DNA of 64,000 nucleotides from an uncultured delta proteobacterium (GTDB taxonomy: Bacteria; Desulfobacterota; BSN033; UBA1163), in the NCBI GenBank assembly GCA_963827685.1, contig CAWHBU010000005.1:256001-320000 (forward strand), in the 5' to 3' direction. The notes below the pieces were generated by a model. It was not told the DNA's origin, did no database searches, and saw nothing but the letters and a program-made list of their open reading frames with translations. Shown in pieces: positions 9,651-20,200 of this stretch (the stretch's first letter is position 1; the number at the start of each line of letters is the position of its first letter). The translations under genes were made by a program, and so were the position numbers.

Positions 9651-10750
9651 TCAAGGTCTCTCTTCTTATCTCTGACAGCTTCTGGCCTCGCTAAGATGCC
9701 TAAAATCTCTTTCGTTGCCTTAAAAACTTCATCGGCTGAGATAGCTTTTATACAGACAAGTCTTTTGCAGGAATATTCATGACACGGATTGCACCCCACT
9801 TCTTTTCTTACTTTGATGTGATTTCCAAAAGGTTCATTTTCTATCGGGTCTGTCGGTCCATAAATGACGACAGCAGGGATTCCCATGAGGGAAGCAATAT
9901 GCATTGGTCCTGTATCTCCTCCAATATAAAGATCACAGTTTCTATATACCTCCCCCAACTGTGTCAAGGATTCCGTTTTTGGCGCCAGGAGAGATGGCTC
10001 CTTCATCTGTTTTCGAACACCTTCTACCCACTCCAGTTCCTCATCTCCCCAAGTGAAAAGAACGGAGGCATTGAGTTCTCGGACCAATCGATTCGCCAAT
10101 TGAGCATATTGATCAGGCATCCATCGCTTGAAGAAAGCTTTGGGGCTCGTTCCCGGATGGATGGCAATCAAAGGTCTGTTGAGGGACGCTGATGAAGCCT
10201 TAAAAAATGACGCCACATATTTCCGATCCTCCGGGGGGATATGAAGGCTATATTTAAGCTTTTTCAGCTCCAATCCCATCCCTCTTAGTAGCGCAAGATT
10301 TCTTTCAAATCGGCTGGTCCTTTCTTTTAGAAGCTTCACTTTTACATTCGAAAACAAGAAATTCCCCTCCTTGGTCGACCTTCGATCATATCCAATCCTC
10401 TTAGGAGAACCTGAAAGAAATGAGAGAACACCGCTTTTAAGGATCCCATGAAAATCAAGAACCACATCAAACTTTCGCCTTCGAAGATTTTTGACAAATC
10501 CCCGCATTTCCCCGATCGTCCCCCATATCCCCCTTAATGACTTTATTCCTTTGGTCCACCTTTTCCTTGGAAATAAGATCACCTCATCAACCTCTGGTTG
10601 ACTTTCCAGGAAGGCTCGAGAGGGTTCTTCAACAATCCAGGTGATTGAGGAGGAAGGAGTGTGCTCTTTTAAGGCTTTTACTGCGGGCAGTGTTCGGATA
10701 ACATCCCCCACTGCACTCAGCCTCAAAACCAAAATTCTTTGGTATTCCAT
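9638..10750 (-). CDS. Glycosyltransferase family 9 (heptosyltransferase, WaaC/WaaF-like)
   Basis: RLSAVGDV, DFHGILKS, GDTGPMH, YGPT. Confidence 0.9.
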   Translation of the reverse strand: MEYQRILVLRLSAVGDVIRTLPAVKALKEHTPSSSITWIVEEPSRAFLESQPEVDEVILFPRKRWTKGIKSLRGIWGTIGEMRGFVKNLRRRKFDVVLDFHGILKSGVLSFLSGSPKRIGYDRRSTKEGNFLFSNVKVKLLKERTSRFERNLALLRGMGLELKKLKYSLHIPPEDRKYVASFFKASSASLNRPLIAIHPGTSPKAFFKRWMPDQYAQLANRLVRELNASVLFTWGDEELEWVEGVRKQMKEPSLLAPKTESLTQLGEVYRNCDLYIGGDTGPMHIASLMGIPAVVIYGPTDPIENEPFGNHIKVRKEVGCNPCHEYSCKRLVCIKAISADEVFKATKEILGILARPEAVRDKKRDLECHS

Positions 10751-10889
10751 TGTTGAAACATTACCCTATTATTACCCAATTTTCAACAGCAAATACAAGA
10801 AGATAACAAATAGCAATATCGTCTTTTCTGGAATTTTACCAATAAAAGCAATATACTACTCTCAAATCATTCTCGGCCTTTGGTGTCGA

Positions 10890-11927
10890 ATGAATACTCA
10901 AATCCTGTCTTTCCGTTTCAGCCCTAAGAGAAAGGTGAGAATTGGAATAGCGGTATTTGCTACAGGGTTATTAGGTACTGGCTTATTCATCACCAATGAT
11001 ACCTTAATGGCCCTCCATGAAAATGAGACTAAAAAGATACCTTCCTACGACGGTTTCTCTGAAATCAATCCTTCAAAAAATCACTTCATTCTTGTCGGAG
11101 ATACACAGAGTACAAGCCGCTGGGAATTCTGGCGGGAAAAGAATGATATAGAACGAAAGTTAATCATTGATGAAATAGCCAAACACGATCCAGCCTTTGT
11201 TATCCACCTTGGTGATCTTACTGCTCGGGGAAGTTTAGAGAAACACTGGCAGAAATTTGACGATATGCACAGAGAATTTCCCAAGAAGAAGATTCCTTAT
11301 TTCCCAATCCTGGGAAATCATGAGTTTTATGGCAGCGACAAGAAAGCATTGCAGAACTATTTTGAGCGTTTTCCCCATCTTCATCAAAGGCGATGGTATA
11401 ACTTCACCTGGAATAATGTCGCAATGGTCACGGTTGATTCCAATTTCTCCGCCCTAACCAAAGAACAAATCGAGGACCAGTCTCAGTGGTATTTGAACGA
11501 GCTTGAAAAGTTCGAAAAGAACACGAAAATTAATTTTATCATTGTCTGCTGCCACGAGCCACCTTTTACCAACAGCCGGGTAGTCAGTCCAAACGAGAAA
11601 GTCAAAGTTTATTTTGCTGATCCTTTTCTTCGATTCCAAAAGACTCGCTTATTCTTCAGCGGCCACAGTCATTCTTATGAGCGTTTTCAAATGGGCGACA
11701 AGTACTTCATTGTCTCTGGGGGAGGGGGTGGACCGAGGCACAAGGTTATTATCGATCCCCGAAAGCGACGTTACCAAGACCTCTTTTCTGGCCCCGAACT
11801 TCGCTTTTTCCACTTCTGCGAAATAGAAAGCGGTAACGACACCCTTCTCTTCAAAGTCCTGCGCCTCGAATCTGATGACACATTCACAGTAGTTGACCCG
11901 TTAGTAATCCCAAAAATCAGAAGATAA
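10890..11927 (+). CDS. Calcineurin-like metallophosphoesterase (purple acid phosphatase-like), exported or membrane-anchored
   Basis: GDTQ, HLGD, GNHE, GHSHSYER, SGGGG; start moved to ATG 10890 to avoid overlap. Confidence 0.85.
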   Translation: MNTQILSFRFSPKRKVRIGIAVFATGLLGTGLFITNDTLMALHENETKKIPSYDGFSEINPSKNHFILVGDTQSTSRWEFWREKNDIERKLIIDEIAKHDPAFVIHLGDLTARGSLEKHWQKFDDMHREFPKKKIPYFPILGNHEFYGSDKKALQNYFERFPHLHQRRWYNFTWNNVAMVTVDSNFSALTKEQIEDQSQWYLNELEKFEKNTKINFIIVCCHEPPFTNSRVVSPNEKVKVYFADPFLRFQKTRLFFSGHSHSYERFQMGDKYFIVSGGGGGPRHKVIIDPRKRRYQDLFSGPELRFFHFCEIESGNDTLLFKVLRLESDDTFTVVDPLVIPKIRR

Positions 11928-11932
11928 GAAAA

Positions 11933-12337
11933 CTATCCGGTGAGGCAAACCAAGAATTTTTCAGGAAGGCTCTTTGTTTTACCATTTGAATCGACGCAGA
12001 TGTGTTGGGTCTCCCCCTCTGCAATCACGTTCTCCTCTTGATCTTTACGAAGAATCTGATACCCAAAGGTGATCAACCGCTTATTTGCTCCCTTCAAGCG
12101 AGTTCGCACAATGACTGTTTCATCATACCGAGCAGAACTCCGATACCGGCAATGGACGTCGACGACGACAAGCTTATAGCCCAATGCTTCCAAATCAACA
12201 TAGCGGAATCCCCTTTTTCGACAGAACTCAGACCGTCCTACTTCAAACCAGACAAGGTAGTTCGCATAATAAGCCACTCCCATCTGGTCCGTTTCTGCAT
12301 ACCTAACTCGAATATCAACATCCACCAGGTCTTTCAT
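11933..12337 (-). CDS. YbgC/FadM family acyl-CoA thioesterase
   Basis: RVRYAETDQMGVAYYANYLVWFEVGR. Confidence 0.9.
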   Translation of the reverse strand: MKDLVDVDIRVRYAETDQMGVAYYANYLVWFEVGRSEFCRKRGFRYVDLEALGYKLVVVDVHCRYRSSARYDETVIVRTRLKGANKRLITFGYQILRKDQEENVIAEGETQHICVDSNGKTKSLPEKFLVCLTG

Positions 12338-12399
12338 CCAAGCTCCCTAATCCATAACGTGACCGTGTCCGTCCTCCGTGTCCGTAACTTAGTGTAACA

Positions 12400-12555
12400 T
12401 CTAAAATCCAAATTTCAATTTCCAAATCCCAAATAAACTACAAGATCCAATTACCAAAATTCCAAAACTTTTAATTTTCCATTTCTTTTGGACATTGAGG
12501 ATTTAGAACATTGGTGCTTGTTTGCGATTTGATCCTTGGGATTTAGAATTTCTGT
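12400..12555. repeat. Inverted degenerate 7-nt tandem arrays (aaatccc / ttggaat type)
   Basis: Direct inspection; same family as 13780-13947 and 40134-40290. Confidence 0.6.
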
Positions 12556-12558
12556 CCC

Positions 12559-13428
12559 TTACAGGGCTCTTAAATACTCAGGTCGGAGCAAATCTGGATC
12601 CTTCCTCCGGAGGACTTCTCGAATTCGCTTAAGGGCTTCTTCTTTTTCCTCTGGCATTTGAATTCGAAGAGGAAGATAGTTAGAGGCGTGATTGGAAGCA
12701 AAGAAACAATGGGTGAATTGGCAGTGGGTAATCATCATTTCCAGTTCTTTGATCAGACCGAAAGGAGTAGGTAAGACCAATTTTCCTGTTTCGATTTCCT
12801 TCTCAATGGGTGTTCCGGGAACGATCATCAAAGAAAGTGCGCCGACGTAGTCCGGATCCATCTGTGAAAGGACCTTTCCGGTCTCCACAGCATGCGCTTG
12901 ACTGCCTTCCACGCCACCGATGCCCAAAATCACAGTCACCGAGAGAAGAATTCCTGATTCCTTCACCCTTTTCCCGGCACGGATCAATTGATCCACGGTG
13001 GCATTCTTCTTAATGCGTTTCAATACTTCCGGATCTCCGGACTCCAAACCCAGATAGAGTATTCCCAAACCCAGGTCTTTTAGGGCTTTTAGTTCCTCCA
13101 CATCTTTCCGAAGGATATCCTTTGCATTGGCGTAGATGCCCACCCTTTCGAGCCCCTTCAATTTCGCTTTCAGATAGGATAGGATCTGAAGCAGTCCCTT
13201 TTGAGGGATGCTCAGGGCATCCCCATCTGCCAAGAATACTCTCCGAATTTTATACGGACTTACCTCATCGATATCCTCTTTGATCTCTTCGAAACTTTTT
13301 ATCCGGAAGCGCTTCCCTTGATAAGCACCGCAAAAAGTACATCGATTGTAAGAGCAACCCACCGTGACCTGAAGGATCAAGCTGTCCGCTTCGCTGGGAG
13401 GTCGGAAGATCATCCCCTCATACTTCAT
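12559..13428 (-). CDS. Radical SAM protein, uncharacterised (IFRPPSEA family)
   Basis: CSYNRCTFC motif, FLADGDAL, GLESG, SNHASNYL. Confidence 0.85.
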   Translation of the reverse strand: MKYEGMIFRPPSEADSLILQVTVGCSYNRCTFCGAYQGKRFRIKSFEEIKEDIDEVSPYKIRRVFLADGDALSIPQKGLLQILSYLKAKLKGLERVGIYANAKDILRKDVEELKALKDLGLGILYLGLESGDPEVLKRIKKNATVDQLIRAGKRVKESGILLSVTVILGIGGVEGSQAHAVETGKVLSQMDPDYVGALSLMIVPGTPIEKEIETGKLVLPTPFGLIKELEMMITHCQFTHCFFASNHASNYLPLRIQMPEEKEEALKRIREVLRRKDPDLLRPEYLRAL

Positions 13429-13727
13429 TTCGAATGCTCCTTTCCCTTCGAAGGGGTATCGAATTGATAAATGATCTCTCCTGCCTTGACCATCCCCAGC
13501 TCCTTTCGAGCGATCTCTTCGATATACCGTTTATCACTCTGTAGCCGTTTTACCTCTTCCTTCAACTTTTGATTCTCCTCCTCCAACTTAAAATTCATCT
13601 CCTTGATCCGGGCCAGCTCCTTCTGGAGGCGGAAAAGGTGGAAGATCCCATTTTCTCCAAAGAAGGTGAGGGTTCCAAGAATCAAAAGCAAAATAAGAAT
13701 CAGGAAAAGAAGACGCTTCCTCTTCAT
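13425..13727 (-). CDS. ftsB: Septum formation initiator (FtsB/DivIC family)
   Basis: TM helix, FGENG, coiled coil, IEEIARKELGMVKAGE; start moved to ATG 13727. Confidence 0.8.
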   Translation of the reverse strand: MKRKRLLFLILILLLILGTLTFFGENGIFHLFRLQKELARIKEMNFKLEEENQKLKEEVKRLQSDKRYIEEIARKELGMVKAGEIIYQFDTPSKGKEHSK

Positions 13728-13779
13728 TTTCAGCGATTTCCCTAGTCCACCCTCCAACCAGCCCTGTTCAATGAATTCA

Positions 13780-13947
13780 TTCCAAATCCCAAATTCCAAA
13801 TCACAAATCCCAAACAAATTCCAAACAAAAATACCAAATTGCCAAAACGATTTTTATGCACTTTTGAACTTTGGACATTGGAACTTATTTGTTATTTGGT
13901 GCTTGCCCTGCACCATATTAGGTACAGGGCTTGGATTTGGTGCTTGA
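13780..13947. repeat. Inverted 7-nt tandem arrays with a nested gccctgcac...gtacagggc hairpin (13905-13930)
   Basis: Direct inspection. Confidence 0.65.
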
Positions 13948-13982
13948 AAGTATAGACAACGTGTAAGAAAATTACCTCCATC

Positions 13983-14811
13983 CTATTGTAGTCTGAATTT
14001 AATCGGGATGGTCCCCGATTGTTCAACCTGAGGTTGATCTTTTGGCAATGGATCGAACCGCCACTGTTTCAAGTATTGGACAGCAATCCTTTCCAGCTCT
14101 GTATCGCCTTTGACCGAAGGGACAACTCGATCCACTATCCCACTGGGTAATACCCAGAGCGTCAACTCGATCTCTGCTTCCACTTTCACTTTGACCTGAG
14201 GGGGATTGGGTCTCTCCAGAATTTTCCGCTTGACGAGAGTCTCCCTTCATCCCCAAGCGAAGGTTTTCCTCCAGTGGCTTTTCCTCCGTACTCCCTTCTT
14301 TGGACTTCAGGAGTCTTTCAATCACCTTCTCTGTTCCTTTATCCTTCTGAGAAGCTAAGTCGGTTGCCTCCTTCAGAGAAGGGGTGGGAGCTTCTGGATA
14401 AAAAAGATCCTCCTTCTTTTTCAAATATTCTTTTAACTCCTGATCCATTTCCTTAAACTCTGATGAATTCTTCAGGGCTTTCATCTTCTCTTCGGCGTTG
14501 GGAGATTCGAGCTTTTTCATACGAGGATATTCCGGAGCAAGGGTTCTCCAATCTTCCCTCGCACTCGCCTCCTCCATCTTCTTAAGAATGACTTCCTCCC
14601 GTATCCGTTTTTCCTCCGGAGGGATCACACCATTTTCCCATCCCAAGATCCTTTTGCTTTCATGGGTCAGTGCTCTCCATCCGTCCCTCAGGCGGACAGG
14701 GAAGGTGGGGACCAAAATGAAAATACAGGACAAACACACGATGAGGACGAAGAAAATGGCGACAAGAAGGAAGGTACGCTTCTGGTTTTTCGTCAATCGT
14801 TTTTTCATCAA
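13983..14811 (-). CDS. TonB-family energy transducer, split by a frameshift near 14243
   Basis: N-terminal TM anchor; alternative frame reads LVKRKILERPNPPQ...WVLPSG...LKQWRFDP...IKFRLQ (TonB_C). Confidence 0.7.
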
Positions 14812-17800
14812 CGAACATTCCCCTTGCTCATCTGGTCAAGCATTCTTCTGGCTACCTCTTTTCGATCTTGCCTCTTGCTCTTCTCCAACAATTTTTGGTA
14901 GACCTGCCTGGCCTCAGATATTTTTTTCTCTTCCATATAGAGGGCCCCCAATTTCAGAAGGGCTTCTTCCATCAGGTCGGAGTGATGGGGGTAGAGGTAA
15001 ACTACCTTTGAAAATTGAATCAAAGCCGATTCTCTATTTCCAGCCTCCGAATAGGCCTCTCCCAATTTAAATTGGGCCTGACTGGCCACTCTCTCTTCAG
15101 GGCTTCGAACCGCCACGGAAAGGGCGGCGACGGCCTCCCCAAATTTCTTCTGGACAAGGTAGAGAATCCCTAACCTCAACTGCCCTTCAAACTGGATATC
15201 ATCTTGGGGAAAACTGCCTACCAATTCTTTCAAAACCTTCTCGGCCTGATCCATCTTCCCCAGGCTCCGATATCCCCCCTCCATCTCCAGATAGGCTTTC
15301 TTGGCTAGCGGGTGAAGGGGATGATTCTTAACCACCCATTCGTATTGTTCAATAGCTTTGGGGTGATCTTTGACAAGGAGATAGAGACCACCCAGCTCGA
15401 TATGGGCTTCAACAAAAAGATGACCTTTGGGGTAGCGATGAACGACTTTGTTCATTTCCTCAAGGGCTTCAGCCCATTTTTTATCTTGTATGAAGAGAAG
15501 GGCAATACGGAACTGTGCCTCTTCCGCCAATTCACCGTTAGGATAAAGGTTGATCAGCTCTTGATAGGTCTTCATCGCTTTTTCTTTCATCCGTTCTTGT
15601 TGGTAGTAATCCCCCAACTGCATCAAGGCCTGACTGGCGAGGGTGTGTTGGGGATATCGTTTTAGAAAAGTTTCCACCATGGAAATAAAAGAGTCATATT
15701 TCTTTTCTTGAAGGAGGCAAAGGAGGATTCCAAAATCAGCCTCCGGCGCCTCCTTTGATTTAGGATAAGCCCTCACTACATTGGAATAAGAATTGGCGGC
15801 TTGAGCATATCGTTTAAGGCTATAGTGTCCATCTCCTATCTTCAGAAGTGCGGAAGGGACATAGGGGCTTTCAGGGTACTTTTGGACAAGACGTTGAAAT
15901 TCTTCGATAGCCTCATGGAACTCTTTCTTCCGGAGATAGGACCATCCGATCCAGTATTGGGATTCATCTCCATAGGGGCTCCGTGGATTCAATTCCAACA
16001 GGGTTTGAAATTGACTGATTGCCTCATCAAATCGTTCCTCTCGATAAGCCACCCATCCAAGGAGATAGGTTGCTTTGTCCTTATCTCCGTTCCCCTCCGT
16101 CATGGAGGCCAATCGCATCAAATAGCTCTTGGCCTTCTGATAATCATTCTGATTCAAATAACACTCACCCACCAACAGGGAGATGGCAGGGGTGGACCGG
16201 TATTCTGGAAATTCTTTGAGAATCTTCAGAAAATACTGGTTGGCCTCCTTCCACTCTCGCCTTTGAAGGTGGTACCATCCCAAACTGTTCAACCCTTTCG
16301 GATACAAGGTTGGATCTCCCTGCAATTTGTCTACGAATCCAACCCCCTTTCGATAATCCTGCTTCAAGAGCGAAGCCTCGGCCATCCAATAAAGAATTTC
16401 GTTTTGCTCCGCTAAATTAGGAAAATCAGCGAGGAGCCTCTCCCAATATTGAATGGCCGTCTCATACTTTTTTAGATAAAAATGGGCGTAACCCAATTTC
16501 GAAAAAACTTGAGGTTCAAGTCTTGCCCTTCCCCTTTCCTCCAAGACTTGATGATAGGAAGCGATCGCGCCCGTATAATCTTTCAGATTGAACAGACTTT
16601 CTCCCAGCATGAAATGGACCCATTCGTGAAATTCACTTTCAGGATAAGTCCTGAGGAATTGACGGAATGTATTTGCGGCGTTGGTGTATTCTTTTTTACC
16701 AAAATAATATTGCCCAATATCAAACAGACATTGCTCTTCCCATGGGGAGGAGAGAAATTGTGAAAGAAATCTCTGATAGAGAAGCATAGCTCTCTCCACT
16801 TCATCGTTGCCCAAATAGGTTTTTACAATTCCCCAGAAGATCGGATCTGAAAGTTTTGTTCCGGGGGAGGTGAGGAGAATGTCCTCAAAGGTTTTTCTTC
16901 CTTCGGAATACTGCCCCATAGAGACCAAGCTCCAGGCCAAGGCATAGCGAGAACTCTCTTCTAAGGGATGCCTTGGATAACGCTTCCAGAAATCCTTGAA
17001 TTGGTCCGCCGCCTCTTTGAATCTTTTGAGGCGAAAGTAGCTGACACCGATCAAATATTCCGCCTCGGATCGCCACTTCCCACCTGGATGCTTTTGAAGA
17101 AGGGTCTCCATCTCCTGAAGTGTCTCTGTATATCGACCCAGCTGATAGAGACAGTAACCAGACCAAAATAAGGAAGACTCAGCGATGGGAAGGGCAGGAG
17201 TTTTTTCATAGACTTGATGAAAAAATTGATGTCCTTCTTCATAGACACCGTGTTTGAGTCGGATCCATCCGCATGAGTATAGGGCATAGGCATAGAATTC
17301 ACTTTTGGGATATTTTTCAACCACCTTATGAAAATCCGAAAACGCTTCGTCATCCCTCCCTTGGTGGTGCCTTGTTTCTCCCATCCAATAATAGGAAGCC
17401 CCGATCCACTCACTCTGAGGGTATTCTCGGATTAACTTCTGGAAAGAAGTGCTGGCATCTTCGTAAGCTCCTTTAATATAGTGGTATGTTCCTTGTTCAT
17501 AAAGAGCCTTATCCCCTACAAAGGGTTTTGTCAGACCTGATGTGAACCGACTTGAATAGGCACAACCGGGCCGCGTCGTGGAAGGGCTCATCTTTTTGAT
17601 CGGGCCAATGGAGTCTTCTCTCAAATCGAAGGAATCTACCCAAGGTTCTTCCTTTATTCCTTGCCCCATCATCATGGGAAGGGAAGCCTCCCTCTTTTCG
17701 ATCCATTTTGTCTCCTCTTTCCCAAAGAAGGTGAGTTCAGAAGTTCCCGTATGATTTTGGTATTGCCCTTGGCTTTGGAGAACAGGGAAAGAAAAAGTGA

Positions 17801-17849
17801 TGGAGATCAAGAGACAGAGGCCAAAAATCTTAATCATCGAGTTACACAT
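14808..17849 (-). CDS. Large exported tetratricopeptide-repeat protein (BamD/CpoB-like repeats)
   Basis: Signal-like N-terminus; many YP.S...A.Y.LG TPR units. Confidence 0.85.
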   Translation of the reverse strand: MCNSMIKIFGLCLLISITFSFPVLQSQGQYQNHTGTSELTFFGKEETKWIEKREASLPMMMGQGIKEEPWVDSFDLREDSIGPIKKMSPSTTRPGCAYSSRFTSGLTKPFVGDKALYEQGTYHYIKGAYEDASTSFQKLIREYPQSEWIGASYYWMGETRHHQGRDDEAFSDFHKVVEKYPKSEFYAYALYSCGWIRLKHGVYEEGHQFFHQVYEKTPALPIAESSLFWSGYCLYQLGRYTETLQEMETLLQKHPGGKWRSEAEYLIGVSYFRLKRFKEAADQFKDFWKRYPRHPLEESSRYALAWSLVSMGQYSEGRKTFEDILLTSPGTKLSDPIFWGIVKTYLGNDEVERAMLLYQRFLSQFLSSPWEEQCLFDIGQYYFGKKEYTNAANTFRQFLRTYPESEFHEWVHFMLGESLFNLKDYTGAIASYHQVLEERGRARLEPQVFSKLGYAHFYLKKYETAIQYWERLLADFPNLAEQNEILYWMAEASLLKQDYRKGVGFVDKLQGDPTLYPKGLNSLGWYHLQRREWKEANQYFLKILKEFPEYRSTPAISLLVGECYLNQNDYQKAKSYLMRLASMTEGNGDKDKATYLLGWVAYREERFDEAISQFQTLLELNPRSPYGDESQYWIGWSYLRKKEFHEAIEEFQRLVQKYPESPYVPSALLKIGDGHYSLKRYAQAANSYSNVVRAYPKSKEAPEADFGILLCLLQEKKYDSFISMVETFLKRYPQHTLASQALMQLGDYYQQERMKEKAMKTYQELINLYPNGELAEEAQFRIALLFIQDKKWAEALEEMNKVVHRYPKGHLFVEAHIELGGLYLLVKDHPKAIEQYEWVVKNHPLHPLAKKAYLEMEGGYRSLGKMDQAEKVLKELVGSFPQDDIQFEGQLRLGILYLVQKKFGEAVAALSVAVRSPEERVASQAQFKLGEAYSEAGNRESALIQFSKVVYLYPHHSDLMEEALLKLGALYMEEKKISEARQVYQKLLEKSKRQDRKEVARRMLDQMSKGNVR

Positions 17850-17930
17850 AATGAGTCCTGCCTAAAAAGTATCAAATGTTTAGAAAAAAAGTCAAGGACG
17901 GATAAGTTTTTATTGGTTTTCGAGGCACTT

Positions 17931-18216
17931 GCCGGCCTTGCCCACTCCCAGTTTTTCCTTATCCTCTCCAGGCCAAGTAGAATAAATGTAGCTTGCCACC
18001 TGGCCAACCCCCTCTTCAAGGCTTCATAAGGCCGATTCCTTAGAGCGTATTTTGTAACGTGACCGAGGAAGATAGGGGACTTCCTTATAACGTTGAGAGC
18101 CATGTGCCCAAGCGCAAAGCGGTGCGGCCTGTGAAGCCTCTCGGAGGGGCCCGGCCGCGTGGCTTGGCCCTAAAAAGTTTAGTGCTCATAAAAAACTGGG
18201 AGTGGGCAAGGCCGGC
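17931..18216. mobile_element. Putative MITE or structured element with perfect 26-bp terminal inverted repeats
   Basis: gccggccttgcccactcccagttttt (17931-17956) and its exact reverse complement (18191-18216). Confidence 0.55.
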
Positions 18217-18256
18217 CAAGGATTGACAGGATTTTCATAACTGTGATAGGTTACTG

Positions 18257-19000
18257 ATGATGAGAAAGGTAACCTTCGCAACCTTGGCGTTTTTTATTCT
18301 TCCCATAGTGTTGACACAATGCACCGATGGGACAAGGGTTTCCGAATCAAACCCGAAGGGGGATTTCAAAGTCATGCGTGAGAATATGGTGGAAACTCAA
18401 ATTAAAGCTAGAGGAGTGAAAGACCCTCGGGTCATTTCTGCATTGCTCAAAGTAGAACGCCACCGATTTGTCCCCGAAGAATATTTGAATTCGGCATACG
18501 CTGACCAACCTCTGCCGATTGGAGAGGGCCAAACCATCTCTCAGCCCTATATCGTTGCCCTAATGACAGAACTCTTAGAACTCAAAGGAAATGAAAAGGT
18601 TTTAGAAATTGGAACCGGTTCGGGATATCAAGCCGCGATCTTAGCGGAATTGGCCAAAGAAGTTTATACCATCGAAATTATCGAATCCCTCGCTTCCACG
18701 GCAAAAAATCGACTTTGGGAATTGGGTTATCAGAACATCGTGGTGAAGGCCGGGGACGGATATTTGGGATGGCCGGAGGCGGCACCTTTTGACGCTGTCA
18801 TCATCACTGCTGCACCCGACCACATCCCGAAACCCCTTATCGAGCAATTGAGGGAAGGCGGCCGATTGGTCGTCCCAGTTGGGACCTACACACAGGAGTT
18901 GAAGAAAATTGTCAAACGATCTGGAAAAATTGAAACGACGGACATCATCTCTGTTATCTTTGTTCCCATGACCGGCGAAGGCGTGAAACAGAAGAAATGA
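18257..19000 (+). CDS. pcm: Protein-L-isoaspartate O-methyltransferase
   Basis: GQTISQPYIVA, VLEIGTGSGYQAA, GDGYLGWPEAAPFD, VFVPM. Confidence 0.95.
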   Translation: MMRKVTFATLAFFILPIVLTQCTDGTRVSESNPKGDFKVMRENMVETQIKARGVKDPRVISALLKVERHRFVPEEYLNSAYADQPLPIGEGQTISQPYIVALMTELLELKGNEKVLEIGTGSGYQAAILAELAKEVYTIEIIESLASTAKNRLWELGYQNIVVKAGDGYLGWPEAAPFDAVIITAAPDHIPKPLIEQLREGGRLVVPVGTYTQELKKIVKRSGKIETTDIISVIFVPMTGEGVKQKK

Positions 19001-19294
19001 TTTTTCTAAGAAATAAGGTAATTATATCGAACCCTTCCTGAAACTTTCTATTCCCTAATTTTAGAAAACGGTGTATATTACGATCGAAAAGTGGCGATGG
19101 GGATATGCGTCAACCCAACGAATAATTTATTCTTGAATTATCTCGATTCCGTATAATTATAATATTGTTTGACACGACCTTTTCCGGAAAAAAGCCATGT
19201 AATTCGATTGGTTTAAAGCAAGAAGGAACCTTTGGTGACTTAATTTTTTAGAAAACACGAAAACAGAATAAGAATTAATCTTGGGACCCGAAGA

Positions 19295-19790
19295 ATGAGG
19301 TACCTGAACAAAGCCAAATTCTGGTTGGACCTGAAGAGACGGTACCCGAGCCACCGGGGAGGGTGGTTCTACAACTGTCTCGAGGATGCTTTCGAATGCC
19401 CAAGTCTCGACGTGTCAGCAAGTCCCAAAGTGGAAACGCTGGTCAGGAGGCTCACAGACAATACCCCGCATTCTCGGTTCCGCATTTCCACTGATTGCCT
19501 TTCCAAACAGTTGTCTTGACTGGAAGGAGGCTCAATCAACTCGCAAGCAGTCTCCCATCCAGATTGAGGACGAGTCGGAACTGGTGGATCTGGTCCTCAA
19601 CCGCATCCATTTCCGTGATCCTCAGCGGTACGAAGACAACTACCACATCACCACTCCAGCACTGGATTGGTTTGTCGTCTTCTGCCACCATGACGACTGG
19701 CATTTCTTCGCATCCAATCAAGCCGTCACCAAAGTCAGAGAACAGTGGAAAAGGAAGTCCCAACAACTGGATCGAACGCGACTCCGGTAA
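19295..19790 (+). pseudogene. Hypothetical gene-cassette ORF, apparently frameshifted
   Basis: ATG 14 nt after TTGGGAC (19281); ORFs 19295-19519 and 19386-19790 overlap in different frames; ends inside the attC-like site. Confidence 0.45.
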
Positions 19791-19839
19791 GGCCCCCCGA
19801 AAGCGGCCTCACTGGATCAGTCCATCCGAGACGTTAACC
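19757..19839 (+). other. attC-like recombination site
   Basis: R'' GTCCCAAC, L'' GGATCGA, central stem tccggtaaggcc/ggcctcactgga, L' TCCATCC, R' GTTAACC; R'' is complementary to TTGGGAC at 19281. Confidence 0.6.
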
Positions 19840-19852
19840 TTCGGAAAACGAA

Positions 19853-20015
19853 ATGATAATAGAACCGATCGGCATCATACATACACCCTACCTGGCAAAA
19901 GAGGAATTACCCTATTCAACCGCTTTACTCAGCCGGCTCTCTTGGCCGGGCCGAGATATTTGAAAAATACGAGGCGGGTCTGAAGGACATCGAGGCCTTT
20001 TCCCATGTTTATCTA
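19853..20015 (+). pseudogene. tsaA: Truncated, frameshifted tRNA m6t6A37 methyltransferase TrmO/TsaA N-terminus
   Basis: Manual translation MIIEPIGIIHTPYLAKEE / PIQPLYSAGSLGRAEIFEKYEAGLKDIEAFSHVYL. Confidence 0.7.
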
Positions 20016-20200
20016 CGTAACGGGGTATCTCCGAAGGAGTGATGACGTTCGGAGAGAAGTAGATACAGCGATCACTACTTTAAGAAAAGATTAACTCAAT
20101 CTTCAAGTTTGCCCCCTGATCTACCCCGGCAGGCAAAGTGGGGAGGGAGGAGGCGAGGGGAAAGTTTTCCGTTAATTATTTTTCGAGAGAGAGGAAGGGC

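Noticed and set aside
12559-13428. First radical SAM protein as a RiPP maturase
   Set aside because: No SPASM or RRE domain and no adjacent short peptide; it sits in a housekeeping context.
5773-13947. ORFs or extensions reading DFGFRNAE, GICDLEFGIW, QIPNSKSQIPNK
   Set aside because: These are translations of the heptamer repeats, not proteins.
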